The notes beneath the pieces are model-generated. The model worked only from the letters and a program-made list of their open reading frames with translations, ran no database searches and was not told the origin of the DNA. DNA of 58,863 bases, filler included. It is 4 parts of 4 records of this genome, joined end to end, with 100 filler letters (N's around TTAATTAATTAA, not from the genome) between each part and the next. Parts side by side here need not be neighbours in the genome. Positions count along the whole stretch, not along the records: positions 49,681 to 58,863 come from DRR723986_6490; 3 more parts are not named here. One strand, given 5' to 3'. Position 1 is the stretch's first letter. The number at the start of each line of letters is the position of its first letter. The translations under genes and the position numbers were made by a program. This document shows, one piece after another, positions 52,725 to 58,863 of the stretch.

Positions 52725-52808
52725 TGGCACCCCCTCTTCATCTGGCCAAAAAAACTCAATCCGACCCTGCATATCACGCAGGCGCCCAAGATGTCAGAGC
52801 TTGCCCGT

Positions 52809-53717
52809 TCAGCCATTCCCATCTTTGAAGTCCAAACCCATCTCGGAATAGCGCTCCGCTTCGTCCAGCCAGTTTGGCCGCACTTTGACCTGTAGAAACA
52901 GATGTACCTTGCGGCCAAGGAATTCTTCCAGTTCCTCTCGCGCGGCCTTGCTCACGGATTTGATGGTCTCGCCCTTGTGGCCCAAAACGATCCCCTTGTG
53001 ACCATCGCGAACCACATAGATCAACTGGTCGATCTTCGCAGACCCGTCTTTGCGCTCTTCCCAGTTTTCGGTCTCGACCGTCATCTGATACGGCAATTCC
53101 TGATGCAGCCGCAGCGTCAGTTTTTCGCGGGTCATTTCGGCGGCGATCATCCGCATTGGCAGATCCGCGATCTGGTCTTCGGGGTACAGCCACGGCCCCT
53201 CGGGCAGGACACCCGCCAGATAGTGCCGCAACACATCAACCCCATGCCCGCGTTCGGCCGAGATCATGAAGGTCTCTTCGAAGTTGAACCGTGCATTGAG
53301 ATCCTGACTAAGGCCCAGCAACACCGGCGCTTCGACCTTGTCGATCTTGTTGATGGCCAGTGCCACGCGCCGCCCCTCCCCGATATCGGCCAGCCCTTCA
53401 AGAATACGCTCAACGCCCTCGGTGACGCCGCGATGCGCCTCGATCAGCAAGACAACCACATCCGCATCCGCAGCCCCGCCCCATGCAGCCGCCACCATCG
53501 CGCGGTCCAGCCGGCGACGCGGCTGAAACAGGCCGGGTGTGTCGACGAACACGATCTGCGCATCCCCCTCCATCGCGACGCCGCGAATGCGGGCGCGGGT
53601 GGTTTGCACTTTATGTGTGACGATACTGACCTTGGCGCCAACCATACGGTTGAGCAATGTGGATTTGCCTGCGTTAGGCTCTCCGATCAGGGCGACGAAA
53701 CCGGCGCGGGTGGTCAT
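52809..53717 (-). CDS. era: GTPase Era
   Basis: [26 protein letters not shown] domain. Confidence 0.98.
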   Translation of the reverse strand: MTTRAGFVALIGEPNAGKSTLLNRMVGAKVSIVTHKVQTTRARIRGVAMEGDAQIVFVDTPGLFQPRRRLDRAMVAAAWGGAADADVVVLLIEAHRGVTEGVERILEGLADIGEGRRVALAINKIDKVEAPVLLGLSQDLNARFNFEETFMISAERGHGVDVLRHYLAGVLPEGPWLYPEDQIADLPMRMIAAEMTREKLTLRLHQELPYQMTVETENWEERKDGSAKIDQLIYVVRDGHKGIVLGHKGETIKSVSKAAREELEEFLGRKVHLFLQVKVRPNWLDEAERYSEMGLDFKDGNG

Positions 53718-54400
53718 TTGTTTTTCTCCAACTGCGCCAGCAAACTTGTGGCGGCGGCCTGTTCGGCCGCGCGTTTTGATGGGGCGGTGGCACTTGCCTC
53801 GGCCCCGTTGTCCAGCCGCGCCGCAATGGTGAACACCGGCGCATGGTCCGGCCCGCTGCGGGCGGTGGTGACGTATTTTGGTGGCGCCAGCTTGCGCGCC
53901 TGCGCCCATTCCTGCAAGGCGGTCTTGGCATCGCGGGCGTCCTCCTCGACGGTTTCGATCCGCCCGCCCCAAAGCCGCAGCACAAGCCCCCTGGCCGCGT
54001 CAAAGCCGCCATCAAGGTATACTGCGGCAATCACTGCCTCGATCGCATCGCCAAGCAGAGCCTGCTTGCGCCGCCCCCCCGAGAGCATCTCGGAGCGGCC
54101 AAGCTTGAGCACCGTGCCCAGATCAATCTCGCGGGCCACATCGGCGCAGGTTTCCTTGCGCACCAGCGCATTGAAGCGCGGAGCCAACTGCCCCTCCGTC
54201 GCGCCGGGGTCCAGCGCCAGCAACGCCTCAGCCATGACAAGGCCCAGCACCCGGTCACCCAGAAACTCTAGCCGCTGGTTGTCATCGCGATTGGCCGAAG
54301 ACATCGAGGCATGGGTAACCGCCCGGTTCAACAGCTCCGGCGCGGCAAAGTGGTGGCCAATCCGGCCTTCAAAGGCCTTGAGTTCGCCGCTCAGCTTCAT
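53714..54400 (-). CDS. rnc: Ribonuclease III
   Basis: [13 protein letters not shown] signature; ds[14 protein letters not shown]. Confidence 0.98.
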   Translation of the reverse strand: MKLSGELKAFEGRIGHHFAAPELLNRAVTHASMSSANRDDNQRLEFLGDRVLGLVMAEALLALDPGATEGQLAPRFNALVRKETCADVAREIDLGTVLKLGRSEMLSGGRRKQALLGDAIEAVIAAVYLDGGFDAARGLVLRLWGGRIETVEEDARDAKTALQEWAQARKLAPPKYVTTARSGPDHAPVFTIAARLDNGAEASATAPSKRAAEQAAATSLLAQLEKNK

Positions 54401-55233
54401 TCGATGCCTTTAAAGAACCGGTCGCTGCGCCATGTCCAGAAGAACAACATCGACCGCCCGGCAGAGCTGAACATGATCCGGTCCGCACGGCCAATCAGGT
54501 TTTCGTAAGGCACAAACCCGACGCCGCCCGCCTGCTGCGCCAAACGGCTGTCTGCGGAATTGTCACGGTTGTCACCCATAAAGAAATAGTGCCCTTCCGG
54601 CACAGTATAAACGCCAGTGCGGTCGGACCCTTGGTTGGTGATATTCAGGATCGCGTGGCTCGACCCGCCGGGCAGCGTTTCAATCATGCGGCCTTTCTTG
54701 CACAACCCGCCTTCGCCCACTGCGCCGTTTTCACAGCGTGGGCGCAGACGTTGCGGGCCTTGCGGGGCCATGACCTCATCAAAGGTTCCGGCCTCTTTCA
54801 GCTTCACCGCCTCGCCATTGATGTGCAAAACGCCAGCTTTCATTTGGATCTTGTCACCGGGCAGGCCGGTCAGCCGTTTGATGTAATCGCGCCCCGAAAC
54901 CGGATGGCGAAACACCACAACATCGCCGCGCTCAGGCTCGCCGCCAAAGAGACGCGTGTTGTCCCCGTCGAATGCACCGCAGATGTCCTTGGCGTCCACT
55001 TCGATGCCAAATCGCGGCATCATCAGACTGGGGCAAGAGGCATAGGAATACCCATAGGCCATTTTGTTCACAAAAAGGAAATCACCAATCAGCAGCGTCT
55101 CTTTCATCGACCCTGACGGAATCCAGAATGGTTGAAAGAACAGCGTACGAAACACGCCGGCGATCAGCAGGGCATAAACAATGGTCTTGATCGTTTCGAC
55201 AAAGCCGTTGTCTTTCTTTTCCTTCTCGGCCAT
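54397..55233 (-). CDS. lepB: Signal peptidase I
   Basis: [21 protein letters not shown]. Confidence 0.97.
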   Translation of the reverse strand: MAEKEKKDNGFVETIKTIVYALLIAGVFRTLFFQPFWIPSGSMKETLLIGDFLFVNKMAYGYSYASCPSLMMPRFGIEVDAKDICGAFDGDNTRLFGGEPERGDVVVFRHPVSGRDYIKRLTGLPGDKIQMKAGVLHINGEAVKLKEAGTFDEVMAPQGPQRLRPRCENGAVGEGGLCKKGRMIETLPGGSSHAILNITNQGSDRTGVYTVPEGHYFFMGDNRDNSADSRLAQQAGGVGFVPYENLIGRADRIMFSSAGRSMLFFWTWRSDRFFKGIE

Positions 55234-55344
55234 GCGGCGCAATCCTTTTTTCGTGGGTGTGGGGTACATGCGGGGCGCTGCCCCCACTGTCAAGGGAGTG
55301 GCGCCTGCATCGGCGGTCTGCCGTTGCGGCTCTTGGCTTTGTGA

Positions 55345-55746
55345 TCAGGACAAGGGCCGCGCCTCGATCACCACAAAGGCCTGCGCCCAAGGGTGATCGT
55401 CTGTCAGGGTCACATGGATGATCGCCTCGTGCCCCGGCGGGGTCATATTGTCCAGCCGATCTTTGGCCCAGCCCGTGACCTCCATCACCGGCTGGCCCGT
55501 GCGCAGATTACTGACCGCCATGTCTCGCCAACTGATCCCCATGCGCAGCCCTGTGCCCAGCGCCTTTGAACAGGCCTCCTTGGCCGCCCAACGTTTGGCA
55601 TAGGTGCCAGCAACATCCTTGCGGCGTTCGGCCTTGCGCTGCTCAACTTCGGTAAACACCCGATTGCGGAACCTGTCGCCAAACCGGTCCAGAGTGCCCT
55701 GAATGCGTTCGATATTGGCCAGATCTGTGCCTATCCCAAGGATCAT
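55345..55746 (-). CDS. acpS: Holo-ACP synthase
   Basis: [26 protein letters not shown]. Confidence 0.97.
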   Translation of the reverse strand: MILGIGTDLANIERIQGTLDRFGDRFRNRVFTEVEQRKAERRKDVAGTYAKRWAAKEACSKALGTGLRMGISWRDMAVSNLRTGQPVMEVTGWAKDRLDNMTPPGHEAIIHVTLTDDHPWAQAFVVIEARPLS

Positions 55747-55755
55747 CTGCGGCAC

Positions 55756-56202
55756 CTATCGCGCTTGCCAGGCTTGCAGCCGGGCAAGATCGATCCGCCA
55801 ACGGGTTGGCACAGTCGGGCAGCAGCGCGGATCATTCGGCCCCGGCATCGTTGTTGTCATCATCGCAAAGCCACCCTCGAAGACCACATCACGCGGGTCA
55901 TGGCCAAAGAGATCGGCCACCGGCCCGGCAAACCCCCATTGACCGCCAGAGGGACGCAGGAACAGGCCAACCGCGATGGTCGTGTTTCCAGCGGACCCCG
56001 CGATATGTTCATAAACCACACCAAAGGCCGCCGTGGCCTGCGCGGGATCAATGGAATTGGGCAACCAGAAAGACGCCTCTGCGCTGCCGCTACGGGTCAA
56101 ATGCGAAAACAGCAGCGCATCCAGATTGCCCCAGCCTTCTGCTGCAACGGGCAAGCCCGCAATGCAGATCGCAGCAGAGAGCAAAAGCGCTTTCATTCTC
56201 AC
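55756..56202 (-). CDS. Secreted hypothetical protein with a C-terminal DPRCCPT motif (LppP/LprE-like ending)
   Basis: Signal peptide; GTG overlaps the pdxJ stop; fills the pdxJ-acpS gap exactly. Confidence 0.75.
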   Translation of the reverse strand: MRMKALLLSAAICIAGLPVAAEGWGNLDALLFSHLTRSGSAEASFWLPNSIDPAQATAAFGVVYEHIAGSAGNTTIAVGLFLRPSGGQWGFAGPVADLFGHDPRDVVFEGGFAMMTTTMPGPNDPRCCPTVPTRWRIDLARLQAWQAR

Positions 56203-56954
56203 ACCGCGTCGCGCGCGTCATCCATAAGGCGGCGCATCTCGGCAATCGCAGGCTCCAGCCCAAGGAAAATCGCCTCACCAATCAGAAAATGCCCAATGTT
56301 CAGTTCTCGCACCTCGGGAAAGGCCGCGACCGGGGAGACCGTGTCGTACGTCAGGCCATGCCCCGCATGCACCTCAAGACCCAGCGAATGGGCAAAGGTG
56401 GACATCTCTTCGAGCTTCTTCAACTCCGCCTGCGCCTCGGGCCAGCGGCCTTCGGAAAAGGCGTCACAATAGGCCCCCGTGTGCAGTTCGATCACTTCCG
56501 CGCCAATGCGGTTTGCCGCCTCGATCTGGCGTTGATCGGCGGCGATAAAAATAGACACACGGCTGCCAGCCTCGCGCAGGGGCGCGATGAAATGGGCCAG
56601 CTTGTTTTCCTCGCGGGCCACCTCCAAACCGCCCTCTGTGGTGCGCTCTTCGCGTTTCTCGGGAACGATGCAAACCGCATGTGGTTTGTGCCGCAGGGCG
56701 ATCTTTTGCATCTCCTCCGTGGCGGCCATTTCAAAGTTCAAAGGCACCGACAGCACATCCATCAGCCCCTCGATATCGGCATCCGAGATGTGACGACGGT
56801 CTTCGCGCAGATGCGCGGTGATCCCGTCGGCACCCGCCTTTTCCGCAATCTTGGCCGCCCGCAACGGATCAGGATAGGCCCCGCCCCGCGCATTGCGCAC
56901 TGTCGCCACGTGATCAATGTTCACACCCAGCCGAAGCTTTTCCTGCGATGCCAT
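56199..56954 (-). CDS. pdxJ: Pyridoxine 5'-phosphate synthase
   Basis: [38 protein letters not shown]. Confidence 0.98.
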   Translation of the reverse strand: MASQEKLRLGVNIDHVATVRNARGGAYPDPLRAAKIAEKAGADGITAHLREDRRHISDADIEGLMDVLSVPLNFEMAATEEMQKIALRHKPHAVCIVPEKREERTTEGGLEVAREENKLAHFIAPLREAGSRVSIFIAADQRQIEAANRIGAEVIELHTGAYCDAFSEGRWPEAQAELKKLEEMSTFAHSLGLEVHAGHGLTYDTVSPVAAFPEVRELNIGHFLIGEAIFLGLEPAIAEMRRLMDDARDAV

Positions 56955-56988
56955 ACCGCCCCCTTTGAATCAGTCAGTTAAAGGGAAC

Positions 56989-57645
56989 CTAGTCCGCTTT
57001 GCGCTTGGCGTCAGCCTTATGTGCCGCTTTTTGTTTCAAAGCTTCGAATTTCGCCTTGATCAGGCCGCGGCGGCGCTTTTGATAGGCCCGCAAAAGCGGC
57101 ACCATCAGGTAGTAACTGATCGTCGCGCAGATGATGCCGGGCAGGATGCCACCGATCATATAGGGATAGAAAACCTCGTCTGCGAAGACCAGAATACCGG
57201 TCCAGTCGGTTTCCTCATGGGTAAAGATCGCACGAAAATTCACCCACAAATCCGCGCCCGCATCCGCGAACTTGCCCACAAAGGACCGATGTTCACCTTC
57301 GTGCATCCGCGTGCCCAAGATCCAGTGGCCGGTCTTGAGGGAGGCAATTCCAATCGGCACATAGGTCAGGGGATTGCCAAAAAACGTACCCATCAACGCA
57401 GCAAGGATATTGCCCTTCATGGTCCGCGCAATCAGTGCCGCAATGATGAAGTGAAACCCGTAAAGCGGCGTGAACGAGGTAAAGACCCCGCCCCAGATGC
57501 CCCGCGCAATGCGTTCAGGGCTGTCTGGCAGGCGCCGCATCCGATGTTTGACGTAGTGAAACGCCCGCGTCCAGCCACCGCGCGGCCAAAGAAACTCGGC
57601 CACCGCGCGCAATGTCGGCTTTGGATCGCGGCGCTTAAAGATCAA
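56989..57645 (-). CDS. DUF2062 family membrane protein
   Basis: RLPDSPERIARG, GTFFGNPLTY; conserved position between spoT and pdxJ. Confidence 0.88.
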   Translation of the reverse strand: MIFKRRDPKPTLRAVAEFLWPRGGWTRAFHYVKHRMRRLPDSPERIARGIWGGVFTSFTPLYGFHFIIAALIARTMKGNILAALMGTFFGNPLTYVPIGIASLKTGHWILGTRMHEGEHRSFVGKFADAGADLWVNFRAIFTHEETDWTGILVFADEVFYPYMIGGILPGIICATISYYLMVPLLRAYQKRRRGLIKAKFEALKQKAAHKADAKRKAD

Positions 57646-57680
57646 ACTTGGGTTCCCTCGTGGTCACGCGCGCACCTCGT

Positions 57681-58862
57681 TCACGCGCCTTTCTCAGCAT
57701 GCTGTACCGCATTTACATCCCGATACCTCGAAATGGCAGCGACTTCGCTCTCTGCTTCCAATGTCACCATCAGGGAGTGCAGATGCGCAACATCCCGCAG
57801 GGACACATAGATCAAAAGGCGGTAAAAATCCGGTTTGCGTTCTTGAAACTCAAGATCCGAGATATTGGCTTCGGCCTCACCGATCAAGGTGCAGATACGC
57901 CCCAGAACCCCTGTTCCGTTGCCTATCGTAAGGTCAATCACCGCGTCATAAACCGCTGGATGGTTGCCCTCGTGCCAGCGCAGGTCGATCCAACGCTCCG
58001 GTTGATCCTCATAGGCCGACAGGCGGTCACAATCAATTGAGTGAACCGTCACGCCCTGACCGCGGAAGGTGATGCCGATAATCCGCTCTCCGGGCAGGGG
58101 GTGGCAACAGGGGGCCCGGTCAAAGGATTGCCCCGGCTCAAGGCCGACAACCGCGCGGGCAGTATCTACCTGTTCGCCCTTGCGCGGGCTCAGATCGGCA
58201 TAGACCGCCTGCACCACATCGTGGCCGGTGATCTCTGAACTGCCCAGCTGCGCCAGCAAATCCTGCATCCCATCAAGGCGCATGTTCTTCGCGGCGGTGC
58301 GCAACACCTTGTCCGTTGCCTCTTTGCCCACATGGGCAAAGGCCGACCGCGCCAGCTCGCGGCCCAGTTTGACGAAACGCGCACGGTCTTCTTCGCGCAG
58401 AGACCTGCGGATCGCCGATTTGGCTTTGCCCGTCGTCGCAATGTCCAGCCATGTCACCTGCGGGGTCTGGCCCTGTGCACGAATAATCTCGATAGACTGG
58501 CCGTTCTTGACACGGGTCCAAAGCGGCACACGCATCCCGTCCACCTTGGCACCCACACAGGCGTTGCCGATCCGGGTGTGGATCGCATAGGCAAAATCGA
58601 TTGGCGTCGCCCCGCGCGGCAATTTCACCACGTCCCCCTTGGGGGTAAAGCAGAACACCTGATCGGCATACATTTCGAGTTTGACCGCTTCGAGAAAATC
58701 TTCGTGATCCTCTTCGGCGTCAAATTGTTCGGTCAGTTGCGCAATCCAGCGGGCCGGATCAACCGCGAACGGGTTTTTCGACCGCACGCCATCGCGGTAT
58801 GACCAATGCGCCGCAACGCCGGTTTCGGCCACGTCGTGCATCTGGCGGGTGCGGATCTGCAC
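57681..58862 (-). CDS. spoT: RelA/SpoT (p)ppGpp synthetase/hydrolase, C-terminal half, 5'-truncated
   Basis: VQIRT..MH..AETGVAAHW.Y, TGS domain FTPKG..TPIDFAYAIHT, CCHP, ACT domain. Confidence 0.97.
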   Translation of the reverse strand: MQIRTRQMHDVAETGVAAHWSYRDGVRSKNPFAVDPARWIAQLTEQFDAEEDHEDFLEAVKLEMYADQVFCFTPKGDVVKLPRGATPIDFAYAIHTRIGNACVGAKVDGMRVPLWTRVKNGQSIEIIRAQGQTPQVTWLDIATTGKAKSAIRRSLREEDRARFVKLGRELARSAFAHVGKEATDKVLRTAAKNMRLDGMQDLLAQLGSSEITGHDVVQAVYADLSPRKGEQVDTARAVVGLEPGQSFDRAPCCHPLPGERIIGITFRGQGVTVHSIDCDRLSAYEDQPERWIDLRWHEGNHPAVYDAVIDLTIGNGTGVLGRICTLIGEAEANISDLEFQERKPDFYRLLIYVSLRDVAHLHSLMVTLEAESEVAAISRYRDVNAVQHAEKGA

Positions 58863-58863
58863 C

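Noticed and set aside
52902..56981. Long plus-strand ORFs opposite era/rnc and pdxJ
   Set aside because: Antisense shadows in GC-rich DNA

Overview
This window is not one locus. It is four unrelated contigs joined by 100-nt N spacers that carry an artificial TTAATTAATTAA linker (23668-23767, 40397-40496, 49581-49680). Contig 1 (1-23667) is a high-GC alphaproteobacterium, Roseibium/Labrenzia-like by inference: tex, an SH3-unknown-MliC secreted protein, DUF2270, a GNAT, a D-amino-acid dehydrogenase with divergent GntR, arsR-acr3, dppABCDF, glpD-glpK, a large MscS, DUF2336, pqiA, fliI-fliJ and partial ctrA. Contig 2 (23768-40396) is FCB-group-like (T9SS C-terminal domain): lptF/G, TraB/GumN, SanA, a GbsR/MarR regulator with two operators and a degenerate SDR, holin-like membrane protein, LpxH-like phosphoesterase, PhoD, GT4, a luciferase-like monooxygenase, a GH-A-like T9SS cargo and SRPBCC, with long non-coding gaps. 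Contig 3 (40497-49580) is a planctomycete: REP-like tandem repeats, metallophosphoesterase-LamG, a cytoplasmic PLC/P1-nuclease-fold to DUF4332 fusion, lpxD, lpxI and a YTV-type Cys/Val/Thr-rich envelope protein. Contig 4 (49681-58863) is Roseobacter-group: mcd, a TetR pair, META and the spoT-DUF2062-pdxJ-acpS-lepB-rnc-era-DUF1491-recO cluster with one inserted secreted protein. No rRNA, tRNA, CRISPR array, transposase, integrase or prophage was recognised, and no clear multi-gene novel system was found. The best leads are the PLC/P1-fold-HhH fusion, the symmetric giant beta-hairpin YTV protein, the GbsR-regulated pseudo-SDR, a Cys-rich sORF inside the ars operon and the SH3-X-MliC protein. All family calls come from motif recognition by eye, not database searches.
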